The notes: generated by a model not told the origin, from the sequence alone. Counted from the stretch's first letter, positions 13,100-26,400 are shown. The stretch is DNA of 64,000 bases from Diplonema japonicum (GCA_964019335.1 OZ025649.1:936810-1000809), one strand, 5' to 3'. Translations and numbers: made by a program.

Positions 13100-14311
13100 A
13101 TGTGTCAAGGAAGGAAGGTGAAAGATGACCTCAATGCACAGGTGATGCTTGTTGTTTTGCTGTATGCAATACAAGGCATCCCGGCTGGTTTTATCGAGAA
13201 CTTTCTACCTATTATGCTGTACGCGAATAAGCAGGCGTCACTCACGGGGATGGGCTTGGTTGGGGTTCTGTGTTCCCCGTGGCTTCTCAAGTTTTTATGG
13301 GCTCCGTTCATTGACTATTACGGGACGAAGAAGTCGTGGATCCTGCCGTCATTGTGCGTTATGGTTGTGTGTTGCGGTATATGTGCAATGCAGAGCACAA
13401 CAGATGGCATAGGGTTGCCTCTCATTGCTGCGCTTCTAACGTTTACCACAGCCACGGCTGTGGAGGACTGTGTCGTAGACGGTTACGCAATGACCCTCAT
13501 TGATGCATTTAGAAGTTCGAGCTCGTCGCGGCGGATCTTAGCCATAGTGAACTCCGCTCAGGTGGTGGGGTTCAAGTTCGGGCATTTCTACGCAGGTGCC
13601 CCTGTGTGGTACGTCCACGAGGCGTTTGGCTGGTGGGAGATATGGGCCTTCATGGCAGTGCCTATTGTTCTGGCAGGTGTTTTGGCGTACAGGACAGAAG
13701 AACCGCAAGTAAAGAGAGACAGAACTAAGAGTCTCAGCGGTGCCTTAGGTACAGTCTCTAAGCATATAAAGGACAGGAGAACTGTTATGCTGATGATAGC
13801 CGCTGGTTTGATCAAAGGCAGCGAAAAGGTGATCATGAGCATGTACAAGCCTTACCTAGTGGACAGCGGCTACAGTGCCAGCACTGTCGGAGAGTGGGTA
13901 GGCCTCTATGGTACTGTTGCCTCAGCTGCGGGGTCCATAGCCGCATCGTATATCGTGGGCTACATGGACGCACAGGGAGCGGTGCAGCTTGCCCTTCTTG
14001 TACGTTTTGTCTTAGTTGTTATCTCGTTGGTCCTACCAGCCGGCCCAGCAGCATTGGCATTCCAGGGACTGGCATCTGGTGTGATCACCCCCGTCATGTT
14101 TGCATACCTTATGGAGGCTGTTTCATTGTCACCATACCCCGTCACGAGTTACACACTGCTTCAGACTTGCGATGACTTATCTCGTTTTGCGGGTGTGGGC
14201 GTCGCTGGCTATTTAGTTGAGCTCTTCGGCTACGGTCCTGTGTTCGCTGGTGCTGCAATCTCTCTCATTCTACCTTGCTATGTCATTTCAGGAATCGATT
14301 CGGATGTGTGA
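13100..14311 (+). CDS. MFS transporter, AmpG/MFSD3-like
   Basis: LLYAIQGIPAGF, PWLLKFLWAPFID, ATAVEDCVVDGYA; about 12 hydrophobic segments; intronless. Confidence 0.85.
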   Translation: MCQGRKVKDDLNAQVMLVVLLYAIQGIPAGFIENFLPIMLYANKQASLTGMGLVGVLCSPWLLKFLWAPFIDYYGTKKSWILPSLCVMVVCCGICAMQSTTDGIGLPLIAALLTFTTATAVEDCVVDGYAMTLIDAFRSSSSSRRILAIVNSAQVVGFKFGHFYAGAPVWYVHEAFGWWEIWAFMAVPIVLAGVLAYRTEEPQVKRDRTKSLSGALGTVSKHIKDRRTVMLMIAAGLIKGSEKVIMSMYKPYLVDSGYSASTVGEWVGLYGTVASAAGSIAASYIVGYMDAQGAVQLALLVRFVLVVISLVLPAGPAALAFQGLASGVITPVMFAYLMEAVSLSPYPVTSYTLLQTCDDLSRFAGVGVAGYLVELFGYGPVFAGAAISLILPCYVISGIDSDV

Positions 14312-14569
14312 GTCTTTTTCTAATTACAACATGAAGAGCCCCCGGACTAGCAATGTCTGTGTTTTTTCAGCGCCTGAGCGTTTGTCAGGCCCGGACCATT
14401 TCTGTCCGAGGGTTTTACTGAATTCTACTGGAGCTTTTTGGGTATCCGAGATTTTATCAGTTCAAGAGTTTTTCATGTTACAGTTGTCCGGCTTTTTTTT
14501 TCACTTTACAGTATTCTAGTACTGGAACCTGGGTATTGAGGCGGACTTCACTTCTAACAGCGCACAGTA

Positions 14570-16000
14570 ATGTTATTGTTGGCAGGTTGCTTTGTGGCTC
14601 TGGCTGCTGTTCCCTGTTGGGAGTCTGAGGGTGAGCGGTGGGCTCCTGGATGGATCGCTGCGGGAAGTACTGCGTTTCGCCCTCTTGGGGCGGGATGTTT
14701 GGTGGTTGACTGCTTTGGAGGTGTGGTTACGTCGACTGGAGGTGCTCCTGTGTGGGAGGCGATGCTGATTGCTGAGGACTCTCAGGGGAACACAACACAC
14801 GCTGTTACTTATCTCATGAACAGCAGCACCCCATACTACGCAAAGGTCTTCAATGCGGAAGCTACGACCAAGTGGACACTTGCCATTCAGAACCTCAACC
14901 ACGTCAGGCAGATCAGCATCAATGTTACCATCACCGTGATGCTTAGCCCCACACCCATCCCCGTCCCGCCCCCCGAGCCCGTATCTTATGACGAGCCTAC
15001 CGCCAAGGTTGCCCTCGTCTACTCATCGGCAGCCTACGCCATCCCTGAGAATGTGAAGCAGTGGGACCTCAACCAGTCATGCCGAGATGTGACGCAGGGC
15101 TTCTCACTCGTCAATATATTTGATGGGTTAAACAACAGCCTTTACACACCTTTCGGGTACGTAGGCCTTGACTATGACAGGGCATGGATTGTGGTTGCTT
15201 TCAAAGGAACAAATGGGACTAAGGACACGGTGGCAGATCTGATCCAGATATTCTCTGGCGCTACTTACTATCAGACAAAATGCGACATCAACGAGCACAT
15301 TTCTGGCAATACGCATGCTGGCTTTTGCCCCAGCTACAAGGTGATGCAGAGTCTAGGCCTGCTTAGTACTGTGCTTCAGTTAATGACTTCCAACCCTAGG
15401 TTTTCTGTGTTAGTCACAGGGCACTCACTTGGAGGTGCCCTCGGGACGTTGTTCCATGCCGATCTTATAAGCACTTTAAAGGCGACGAATCCTGCTTGGG
15501 TGCAGCGTGTGGTTAGTTACAGCTTTGGGCAGCCGCGTGTAGGGGGTGCTGGTCTGGCATTCAATCTTCCACAGATGTTCAGAGTAGTTCATGCGGATGA
15601 CTGCGTGCCCCACTTGTGCCCTTGTTGCGCTTCGGGGATTCAGTGTTTACAGGCAGAGACGTGCCCTTACCATGTTGCACAGGAGGTGTGGTACCCCAGG
15701 GTTGTGATGGCACCCGAGAACTACACCATGTGTGACCCCAATGATGGTGAGGACCCAAGGTGCAGCAATAGCCAGACTGTGACACTGTCAGTGCAGAATC
15801 ATCTCTACTACTTCGGGATGAAGGTTGGTGATTATTGGTATGTTTTTATTCTTTTCAGCACAGATTACAGTTACAATCCATCTGCATACAAGGAGTACGC
15901 AGCACGCGAGCAGTACACGCACGACTGGCTTCAGTCCCTTACGCCCTCACAGAAAGAGAGGCGCATCCATGCATTGAGGGGCGGTGTTAACGACATGTGA
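14570..16000 (+). CDS. Secreted class-3 lipase
   Basis: Signal peptide; IVVAFKGT, HAGF, VTGHSLGGA, SFGQPRVG, RVVHADDCVPHL, YHVAQEVW, NHLYYFG. Probable in-frame intron starting at 15838. Confidence 0.92.
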   Translation: MLLLAGCFVALAAVPCWESEGERWAPGWIAAGSTAFRPLGAGCLVVDCFGGVVTSTGGAPVWEAMLIAEDSQGNTTHAVTYLMNSSTPYYAKVFNAEATTKWTLAIQNLNHVRQISINVTITVMLSPTPIPVPPPEPVSYDEPTAKVALVYSSAAYAIPENVKQWDLNQSCRDVTQGFSLVNIFDGLNNSLYTPFGYVGLDYDRAWIVVAFKGTNGTKDTVADLIQIFSGATYYQTKCDINEHISGNTHAGFCPSYKVMQSLGLLSTVLQLMTSNPRFSVLVTGHSLGGALGTLFHADLISTLKATNPAWVQRVVSYSFGQPRVGGAGLAFNLPQMFRVVHADDCVPHLCPCCASGIQCLQAETCPYHVAQEVWYPRVVMAPENYTMCDPNDGEDPRCSNSQTVTLSVQNHLYYFGMKVGDYWYVFILFSTDYSYNPSAYKEYAAREQYTHDWLQSLTPSQKERRIHALRGGVNDM

Positions 16001-16155
16001 TATATGATTAATAAACGACTTACTACCCCCTTTTTTTTTTCAATCTGCTATTTCTGTTGCGATTGCTAAATTTGATGGAAGCTGTGTCTTTAGGCTACTT
16101 GCTTGTTGATCGATTGCTTGGCTTTTGATTGCATTGTATTAGTTACCGCAGGTAC

Positions 16156-17367
16156 ATGTTTCATGTCACTTTGCGAAGACAGCGGCGTTGGCTAGTCCAT
16201 AGGCCTTCAGTGGATTATGTACCACGCCGGATGGATGATGGGGCGGCAGCGAAGCACTTGCGAGGAATATTGAAAAAGGCACCAAAGGCGAAGGGTGATT
16301 ATGTCAAAGCCGGCAGCGTGTTCCGCAGGATCGTCTGGGAGAAGCACTCATTGGTCGCTTCAGAGAGTGAGATAGGAATACAGGTGTACGAGGTTTTATT
16401 CAAGTGGTGTGCTGAGGTGGGCCAGAAGGAGTATATGCAGTGCCTCGAAAAGGAAATGAGCGAGAGAGGGATTGAGAAGTCAGTGGTTGTTGTCACCAGC
16501 CTAATGCGTGTGGCAGACGACCCTACGCAGTTCATCTTATTTTTCGAGGATCGTGGCATCCCTTTACCCCATGGTGCCGTCAAGGCGCTGTTTTCCTTCT
16601 ACGCACGAACAGGAGACCAAGAGGCTGCAACTAAGCTATATAGATCTGTACACTTGAACGAGACGTTTCGTGCGATGATGATACGGTGCTGCGTTTCGAT
16701 GGGGGAGGCGCTTCCCTATTTCCATTCTTTGACCACACGCAGCAAGCCCAGGTACGGCGTGGACGCCCTTCTCAGCGTATGCCTGCGCACGATGGACACA
16801 GACAACGCGATGAAGCTTCTGAGGTTCGCAGTCAGCAGGGATACAGACTCAGCAAATAAGTACAACATCACGGCACTATTGTTCTTCAAGGCGGGCATGC
16901 AGGCGGAGGTGGAAATCGTCATGAACCTGATGTCAGAAAGGGGGAGGGTACCTGATTTCCACACGTACAGCACCTATTTTAGCTCTTTGGCCGCTTTAGC
17001 AGCCGAGGGCTGCCATGAGGCAATAGGCAAGGCTGAGTCCTTGTTCCGACAGGCAATTCTCGATGAGAAGCTTCGAGGCTCTCAAAGGATATATGGTGGT
17101 ATTCTTGAGGTATATAGCAAGGTAGGTGCATTACAAAAGGCAGAGAGAGTCCGTGAGGTTCAACGCGGCTACAAGGTGAAGGAGAGCAGTCGCTTCTTAG
17201 ATCTTTACCGAGAATGTCAGCTTTCCGCAGGCTATCTTCCTTCATCTCCAGTTTCAGAGCTAGCTAACACCCCAGTTTCAGTCGCACCCCCGTCCGTGGC
17301 GAAGAGTAGGAACAATGTTTGCAAGGAGAGTATTACCGATGTTGATTGGTACAAGCTCAACACGTAG
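16156..17367 (+). CDS. Pentatricopeptide-repeat (PPR) protein, likely mitochondrial
   Basis: Arg-rich N-terminus MFHVTLRRQRRW; PPR-like helical repeats EMSERGIEKSVVVVTSLM and LMSERGRVPDFHTYSTYF. Confidence 0.7.
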   Translation: MFHVTLRRQRRWLVHRPSVDYVPRRMDDGAAAKHLRGILKKAPKAKGDYVKAGSVFRRIVWEKHSLVASESEIGIQVYEVLFKWCAEVGQKEYMQCLEKEMSERGIEKSVVVVTSLMRVADDPTQFILFFEDRGIPLPHGAVKALFSFYARTGDQEAATKLYRSVHLNETFRAMMIRCCVSMGEALPYFHSLTTRSKPRYGVDALLSVCLRTMDTDNAMKLLRFAVSRDTDSANKYNITALLFFKAGMQAEVEIVMNLMSERGRVPDFHTYSTYFSSLAALAAEGCHEAIGKAESLFRQAILDEKLRGSQRIYGGILEVYSKVGALQKAERVREVQRGYKVKESSRFLDLYRECQLSAGYLPSSPVSELANTPVSVAPPSVAKSRNNVCKESITDVDWYKLNT

Positions 17368-17432
17368 CAGTTTTCATTATTAGCTTTCCTGGCTAAAGAC
17401 AACCGACAGGCCTTACACAGAATTATGATACC

Positions 17433-20400
17433 ATGTGCAGCTTCATAGCAGTTGTATTATCTCTTGCTGCTAGAGGCTCCTTCGAGGAACAGAGGCTTAC
17501 CCGCATCTATGCTCTCTCTGAGGAGCATACTGTGGCTTCATTTGAGTGGGATCTTGTAGGCCGACAGTATGCGCCTTCGGCAGGGGGCGATGTACTGAGT
17601 AATGTAAACGCTCTCGAAATGTCTGACGGGAAGAACTTTCTCAATTTGTACAACTACGACTGGAGCAGATGCCGGCAGGGGGATCTCCTGGAGTTTAGGA
17701 TGGCATTCCCTCTGGATACAATACCATCTCTGCATTGGAAGCAGAGCTCTGTGCCCACGTCGTCCTCCCCAGTCGAGGGGTACGAGGCTGTTGATGTTCA
17801 GATGCCTGGCTCTGGTGGCACATCGTTCGTTGGACTCCGCAGGGCAGTGTCTTGGGCTGTATTAGATGGAAGCCGTGGTGGTATTGGCTACCCAGGCCTT
17901 GGGGTGTCGATGTTGTCGGGTCAGTCTCTCCTCCCTGGCCCTTGCCATGCAGCAAATGATTCCACGGCATGGAGGTCGGCCTCCCTTGCGCCGAGTGGCT
18001 GTATCGGTGTGCTTGCAGTTGAGCTTTATGTTAGAAGAAGTACAGCTCAGCAGTACCACGTTGCTGTACGACCGAGTTCTGCATGCCAGTTAGGAAGGTG
18101 GGTGTATGTGACAACGAATAAGGGTCTTGCGAGGATTCCATTCAATACCATGTCTCGTTCTCTGCAGCACCTCACTTCTTCGTGTGACGTACCAGGGTAC
18201 TCAGTTTGGCTCGGGTGCTCGGGTCGCCATGTCGGAGTTTCAGGTGATGCAGTGTCTTGTGTAGTGAGTGACGGCTTGCTCGGGTTTAACCTTACCGAAG
18301 GCAGGGCATACCTAGAATCACATGTATTCCCTGTGGGTGTTGAGGATTTCACCGTCGCGGCGTGGCTCAGGTTTCTCGGAAGCAATTCTACAGGAGGCGC
18401 CACAACTATCATATCTATGGGTGCTCTGCGCGTGCAAGTGGACCACGACACCCCGATGATTGAGTGTATTCTTGATATCAGCACAAACTTCTCGGTTGCA
18501 TACCACACTCAGTGGAGTGTGCTATCTAGTCCACATCACTTTGCTTGTGTAAGGTCAGAATCTGGTACAGTACTGCAGTTGTTCGTGGATGGGGTGCTTG
18601 TTGATTCCCATAGGTCGTTGGTTGCGTTCGCGATCCCTCAGCAAGGTGAGGTGGGTTATGTGGGTTCCGCTTTTGTAAGTGACTTCAGACTCTACAACAG
18701 GGTGGTGCTGGTGGACGAGATGCGTGCGCTAACGTCTTGCGACAAGGGGGGTCCTTCTTCAGGCATCTTGTGCGATGCTGAGAATCAGGTTGTCTACTTT
18801 GGAGTCAGCCAGCAGGCGTTGCCGGGGACGTGTCGTGTTCGGTTCTACGACGTGCTGACAGGCCTGACGCGGGGTGTGTCGTCTTCTTGTCCTCAGTCGT
18901 CAAGCGCGCTGCACGGCATAGGCTTCGTGCGGTCCCTTAGCAAGAGTGGCCGTGATATACTAATGTCTGGCGAAGGGTCTTGGGCGCTTGTTTCCATCAG
19001 CGACAATGCTGACGTTGTTTTTATCAGTGTCGATAGTGCTTATGCGTGCAGCAGTTCTTTGGGTTCTGTATATGCTACTCGGGGTTCTTCCGTAGACGCT
19101 CTGATGTCTAGGTACGGCACCTACTGGCTTCGGGGAGTATACGATGGGCGTGGTGGGTGGCCTGCCGCGTCATGTGCTGCTTCACCTGCTTCCATTTTCA
19201 TTGGCGACCAGTGGGGCGTGCTGCAAGTGGACAGTGTGAGCAAGAGGTCGCTACGAGTCATAGGCTTCGTAGGTGGCGGTTCATCATATTGGAGGCCGCG
19301 GCACGATGGATTGAAGGCAACGGAGGTTCCAGTTGGAGAGGTTACGCACATCAGCATAACTGACATGGGTACGTTAGTCATAGTTGGTGGGGGAGGGATA
19401 TTTGTGTATCATGGAGCAGTACGGCAGGTGAGACACAAGCTTGTTTACGGACAGGTGGGCCTGAGAGCACAGGGTATTCGTGTTCCTGAATGGTCGGTTG
19501 AAAGGAGTAACGTTGCACCGCGTCAGGAGGAGATCATAGCTACAGTGACGACTGCAACGCAACAGGCCTGCATCCGTGAGTGCACCGGGCTGTCGTCGTG
19601 CACTGGCTATGTTTGGTATGCTTCTTCTTCCACGTGCAGCATGGTGAGTACAGTCGATGTACCCCTTATGGAGGCTGGTAGTGGTGACTTTCACAGAAAG
19701 ACCCTGGTGGTGGATTTTCAGAGTGCTGCGCATTTGGATTATAGTAGATTATCAGGCATCTTGGATGTTGTGCCTCATGCAATGTGCGAGCTTCGTGGCT
19801 TTCTTTATGTGGTCGGCGGCAATAGGCTGCTCCGCCTCGACCTCTCCACTCAGTCAATTTCTCATATCAGTGGAAATGGTGAAGCATCTTCCAGGCCTGC
19901 TGCTGATGGCTCTGCAACCGTGCATACAGAGCTGGTGGACGGCCCTATAGTTTGCCACCCCTCTGGGCTGCTCTACATGGGCCAGATGGCACACTCGTGC
20001 GTGCGGTCTTTCAACATCTCTTCCCATGAGCTACGGACAGTTGCAGGGACTTGTGGTGTCACGACGAACACTTCGGCTCCTTCTGGTTGGACATCCTCCT
20101 CCGCCTCAATATCCCCTCCTTCGGGGCTTTCTCTTGATGGAGAGGGCACTTCCCTGTTCATTGCGACTCCGCAGACGTACGTTGTGTGGGAGATGCTTCT
20201 GCAGCAGGGACTCATGAGGATTGTCGCAGGAAATGGTACGCAGCACCCCGCTGGATCTGTGAGCTCTTCTGGCAATGCGACTGACACATCGTTCCTGTTT
20301 CCCATGGCAGTGACTTGGTACGGTGGCATAGATGGGAAGAGCATTTTAATACGGGATTCACGCGTCGGACCTGGCACACTGCTGGACTTGAGCTCCGGTG

Positions 20401-23400
20401 ATGGTTACACAGGCTCATGGATCAGTGGTGATGCTTATGCAGTTGCGCAGCCTGTTTCTAGGAGCGATCTGGCGAAGACGGGTGAAGGCGATTATCCCTC
20501 TGCTAGCGAAGCACATATACCGGGAACATCGAAAGGAGGCATGGTACTTCTAGGCGACACGGTTTACCTGCCAGCATCAAGGTGGCCGTACGGTGTTATG
20601 GCAGTCTCACGGTCATCAGGGGGTGTTGCCCGCCTGCCTGGCTTTGACGACTTATTGGGTGCTACGGTTTCCTCGTCTTCTGACGGCACGTCACTATTTG
20701 TCGGTGGCAGCAGCCACGGGAGCGGCGTCGTGTGGCAGGTTGATGGGCTGCCTTCATCCGCGCTTTCGCTGAACGGTGTGGCTGCGTATCACAATATCTT
20801 CGGGGGGTTTGAGAAAGGGTTCACATTACATCTTAGCCTGCGCTACGATGTGAGCATAGGTAGCGGAAACTGGACGTGTCTCATGAGCTATGATTATGAT
20901 TCCATTGTCTTGTATGTTCAGGAGGATGCCTTCTTCATATCGGTGGAGGGCGACACGGCAGCAGTGCCCGCTTCGCTTGCTGATGGGCTGTGGCACAGGG
21001 TTGCAGTCGGGTGGTCCGTGTCTGGTAGGTGGTTCGTGGATTTAGATGGTGTTAGGACGAAGGGCACCAGCATTGGAGCCGGTACACTTTTCTCTCTGAC
21101 CGGGAGACTGGTCTTTGGGTGCGGAGACACGGTGGACAGGTCCCTTGTGCCCGATGCCAGTCTTGCGGACACCTATGTATCTCTACATGACGTTTCGCTG
21201 CTAAGTGATTACAGCGAGGTTCTATCTCCCGTGCTTGATGTGGGACATTGGTCACTCGATGGCCACGGTAAGGACTCTCTAGGAATGCACCATCTAAGTA
21301 TCGATTCAGGTGCCTTCTTCTCACTTGGCCCTGAGCGCTTGATTCCTCGCTTTACATCTCCTCTCGATATTTCTGACAGAGATGTTGTTGTTCTTGATGG
21401 GGGTGCCTCCTGGTCAGAAGGGGGCCCGTGCTCAAATAGTATTTTGTTGACAGGCGTCTATCAGGGAGCGCACTTAGGGTACGCACCTGTGGCTGATATT
21501 GTGGAGAGTAGGATGTTGTACTTGTCTGCTTGGGTGAGGCCACTAGTCTCAGATAGAAGCAAGCAGCAGGTTATTATATCAGTTGGTGAGATGTCCCTGC
21601 TCCTTACGAGTTCTTTGTTTCCGGCAGCAGCAATGGGAAATGGTATCTGCTCAGGCATCGTAAAGGTGCACGCGGGTGAATGGTCGCTTCTCTCGGCGCG
21701 ATATGATCTTGCATCTCAGATTGTCACTGTGCAGTACAATCGCGACGCGGTAGGTGTATGCCCTTTTACATGTGGCTTAGGCACGCCAGCTCCTGTCATG
21801 GTGGGAATTACGAGTGATAGACTGCATGCATTCAAGGGGCAGATAGCGATGCCAATAGTTGCAGCTGATGACGCTTGCATCAGATGCTCGCAACCCAACC
21901 AGGCAGCTCCTCAGCTCCTCATAGGAGCTGGTGGTACAACTTATTACGACGGGTCAGTGAGGTACAAGGGGTCTCAAATGCAATACACCACGACTGTTAT
22001 AGCGGTAAGCGAAGCAGCAGACTTTTCAATGGGTGCATGGGTCTATCGTCAGAGTGCTACTGGGCCAGTTTTACTGTTCGGTGTTCCTGACAAGGTGCCG
22101 GAGTTTTCAGGAAGGTGGTGTGTAGACGGCTTCGTTGGTGACATGAGCGGCGCTATTGGTACCAACTTCTCTGCTGTAGATCATTTAACTATGCCGCCAG
22201 CGGGTCGCTCAGGGCCAGTTTGTAGTGCTGCAAATTACTTGCTGGCATCTGCATCATGGCCGGCACATGGTTCCGTTTCTGCTTGGGTTCAGTATCTATC
22301 GGAGCCTGCGGTGTGGGCTCAGCCAATTGTGAGTTGGTCGACAGATGATCAAGCATCATACTTTTCTCTAGTTGTGGGCTCCCAGATGCATTCTGATAGC
22401 CTTGAAGGCCAGTGGTGTACAGATAGTCTTGTTGTGACAGATGGCGGGCCGTACAACAGGCGACTGGCTCCACTAGCCGTGGGTTCAGGTGGGTCTCCGT
22501 TTGTTAACCATACAGGTTCTCATTATGCTTGTGTGTTTGACGAGCAGTCTTCTCCTTTGTGGGCAGAAGCCACACCTTCTGGTCATGCTGCCATGCCTCG
22601 TTCTGGCACATATACTACTTGGGTATTCATCGACAGTAGTTTTTCGGGAGACTCGGCGGCCTTCACACTACTAGAAGCAGTGCGACCTCACTATTTAGAT
22701 CCTAACGTCAGGTTGCACGTATCTCATTGCTCGGGTAGCGGCTACTGTTCCCTTTCGCTGAGCGTTAGGCCCCGATCAAGTGCAACAGTTATCCAGGTGT
22801 CATCGTGGCCACATATGGACGTTCCCCTTAACACCTGGGTTCACGTTGCAGCAACCTGGGACGGTGATAATAATAATATGGTGACATTGTACGTGGATGG
22901 CCATGTGGTGAAGGAGGGCACTATCTCGGGAGATGTGCAGGATGCATCTATGCTAGTGATAGGTGGCAGACCCGACAGCGAGGAGAACTTGAAGGGCATG
23001 CTTCATGATGTGCGAATCTACAGATCGTCTCTGAGCCCAGCAGAGATCCAGTCCCTAGCAAGGCGTACAGAAACGACTCTTTCTTACTTGTCATGGGGAG
23101 TGAATGATACAGCGATCAGATGCGTCGACACTACATCTTCTGCAGGAGCCTTTCCAGTCGGTGAGTGGGTTCATGTCACAGCTAGTTGGGGAAGGGAGGG
23201 GTCATGGGTTCATGAGAGGAGCGCTTCCGGCCATGTACGCATGACTCAGTGCAGAGAGGTAGCCAATTCTACGCTTGGCCGCAGCACATTAGATATTATG
23301 AGGCTGGGTCACAAGCTCGCAGGCAGTCTATCTCTAGATACCAAGGCGTACATTTATGATGTGCGACTCGTGGAAGGTAGTATTAGCTTGCAGGACACGG

Positions 23401-26400
23401 ACTGGTTGTTTTCTCAGCCTGATTGGTCACTGAGTGTGAAGCTCATGGCAAGTGGGGTTCCTGTCCTGAGTAGTCAATACCACAGCTGGACATGTACCCA
23501 GGCTGCCGTCCTTCTTGCCACCTGGGTACACATTTCTGTTAACTGGGGACAGGAAGCAGTCACATGGTACTTAAATGGCGAACAGGTGTGCAGGTCAGAC
23601 ACGACGAGCACACCTCCAGCTATGTATGGTACTGGTTATGTAGGAGGGTCTCCTTGGGGGTGGTACTTTGATGGGTATTTAAGCACCCTCTTCGTCACCC
23701 CGCGCTCACAGCATGTGGGCAGTGTTAAGCGGCTGATGCAAGGCTCAGAGGCTGTATCTGCTGACTGCGACCTTTTGTCGTGGTTCCCTTTCGATGATGA
23801 TGCTGATGATGTGTTTCGCATGCATAGCTTCCGGGGGCACTTCGCTTTGAGTTCAGGGCACGGCAATGGGATGAGTTTGATTGCTGAAGCGGACAACACG
23901 CTCTCTTCAGATGATTGGTGGGGCATCAGTGGTGCCCCTGCTGTCTCGTTGTCTATTTGGGTAAGACACAAGGACTCTCTTAAGTCAGGTGGTCTTCCTG
24001 TTTTTCTGGGTTCTGACAGGGAGGATGGACCTAGATGGAGCGAGGGAAGTGGAACAGCACCAGTAAACGAGTGTTTCAGGGAGTCTCGAGTAGTGTTGAG
24101 CTTCTCGTTTGACACTGCACTCGACGCCACTGGGAGAAATCGCAATAAGGTGAGCAGGCAGAGCAACGTTGACATTGTAGCTGGGCGTCACGGCAGTGGG
24201 GTTAGGCTAGCTTCGAACAGTTTCTTGAAGGGTCTTGATCAGGCTGCAGGAGGGAGCAGGGATGCAGGACTCACGGTCATGTTCTGGGTGTATCACAGCA
24301 AGCCGGGCGCGGTACGTACCATGGATGAAAGACGTGCGTTGTATGAGGTGGCGAGAGAAGATGGCGATTCTGGAAGAGCCATTCTCGCATGTCAGTCTGA
24401 TGATGAGAAGTACGTCTACATGGCCTTTGACACCCCAGGAGGTGTTCAAGGGCCTGATAGCAGTGCTAGACACTTTGTCTACAATCAGTGGCAACATGTT
24501 GCAGCTACTATTGACAGCAGTGGAGAAGCATCTGTTTTCAGAGACGGCATTATTGTGTGGTCCGGGAGCGCTGTAAACGCATCTTCGCCGTGGGTGTGGG
24601 GCACCTCATCTACTATTGTAGGACACTACAATAAGGGCTATCGGGTGCAGGAGGGGGTGAGTTGTGGTGATCCGTCAGCTTCTTTTGTGCACCCCATGCC
24701 TGATGGGTCCAACTCCACTTACCTGATAGGTACAGTGCATGAGTGTAAGGAGAGATGTGACGCCTACAGCGAATGCGATGGTTTCGTATACATCTATCCT
24801 GGGGATGAAGCGCCGCCACACAGATGTTATTTCAGAACATCTACTTCTTACTCTGTGCCCGACCCACAGCGCGTGTGTTTTACGAAGGGGCGAGGTGCAT
24901 CGTCTCAGTTTGCCGACTTTGTCATCGATGACCTGGTGGTGCTCGATTATGCTGCGCCACTGGCATGTGTTCAGGAGGCATTCAGTGATTACAGTGCTGC
25001 AAGCCCATGCACAGACACAATCCCCGACGCAGCTGTGTCCATGAAGATCTCTTTTGCTACTGATCCTGGTAACCATCTTATGGCAGTTAGTGATGGCGTT
25101 CCAGTGGCTGCACTAGATGGTGTCACTGTTTTTGATGGGACCGCTTCTCTTTCTGGCATATCCGCGATCACTGCAGTTCAGGGGTGCACTTTGGTTGATA
25201 TGCACGCTATTTTAGGAGGCGAGTCCTACGACGCCCCCGTTATCGATTTAGAGCTTCCTTTATACACAGGTCGGTTGTATTCACTGCGTATTCAGGCAGG
25301 TAACAGCGACACAGTGGATCACGTACTTCGAGTTGATAGTTGGACAGAGGTGATCATTCCAGGTCAGAGCACAAAGCAGTGGTTCAGCGCAATTAGCGTC
25401 GTCACAGCTGACCTCGCGACGTGGAACATCACGTATGCAGGTGAAGGGTGGTTTGGTGGGAATGTTACGGTCTACCAGTTGGAGGTATGTGGTGCTGGCA
25501 CTGAGAACACTACGTGCATGGCGTGGCGATGTACGTGTCAAGGTGCATCTGACTACTTTGGCATCAGCAGTGAGACTGATGGCTGCACTGATGTCATCTC
25601 CATGACGTGGTGGCAGGCGAGCTTGTGCGCAACTTATCCACAGGTCGGCAGGCATCAGGCGTGTTCTTCGCAGAGGCCCTCTTGGAGTATTTCATGGTGG
25701 ATGAAGCCAGAGGGAGACGAGGTACAAGCCATACTTCCTTCAGCTATCGGGCATAATTGTAGTCTTGTGCATGAGGCTGTCAGGTCGTCTGCCCATGTTT
25801 CGCTTGGTGTCTGGCAGTGGTTCTTGTGTAAGAGTGCAGGTGGTCTTGTAATCCACTCTACAGTGGATGGTATCGGGTCTGAAGTGTGGTGGCACGACGG
25901 TGCTCCAGAGTTCCTTGTTGGCTCCTGGTCGCATGTCACGGTGGTGGTTGATGGAACTTCTAGACGGCTCTACAAGGATGGGGCACTCATTCACTCCCAC
26001 AACAGACCCTCTATGCAGCTGCAGTGGCATTCTACAACACAGTTTTTCGTATCGTCCTCAAACAGCAGCAGCCCTCTCCTTGTCCATGATATTTTTGTGG
26101 TACAAGGTTCTTATTGCGATCCTATATACCGCAACCTTGCGATATCAGGGATAGTGCCGTATGCATCACGTGTAGTCCCGTGTCAGCTATCAGCAAGCCG
26201 CCCTATTGTGCAGAACGGGCTGTGGGCTTACTACACTTTCGATGAAGGTTGGACGAGTGGTGGGGGTAGAGTGTTGCATGACAGTTCACGTAACAGGCGG
26301 CACCTGGTGGCTGTACCATCTGACAGTGCTTCGCTTGGTGCCGAGACGCATTCCGGTGCAGTGGCAGGTGCTGGTGGGTCCTACAGGGTTAGTTCTGTTC

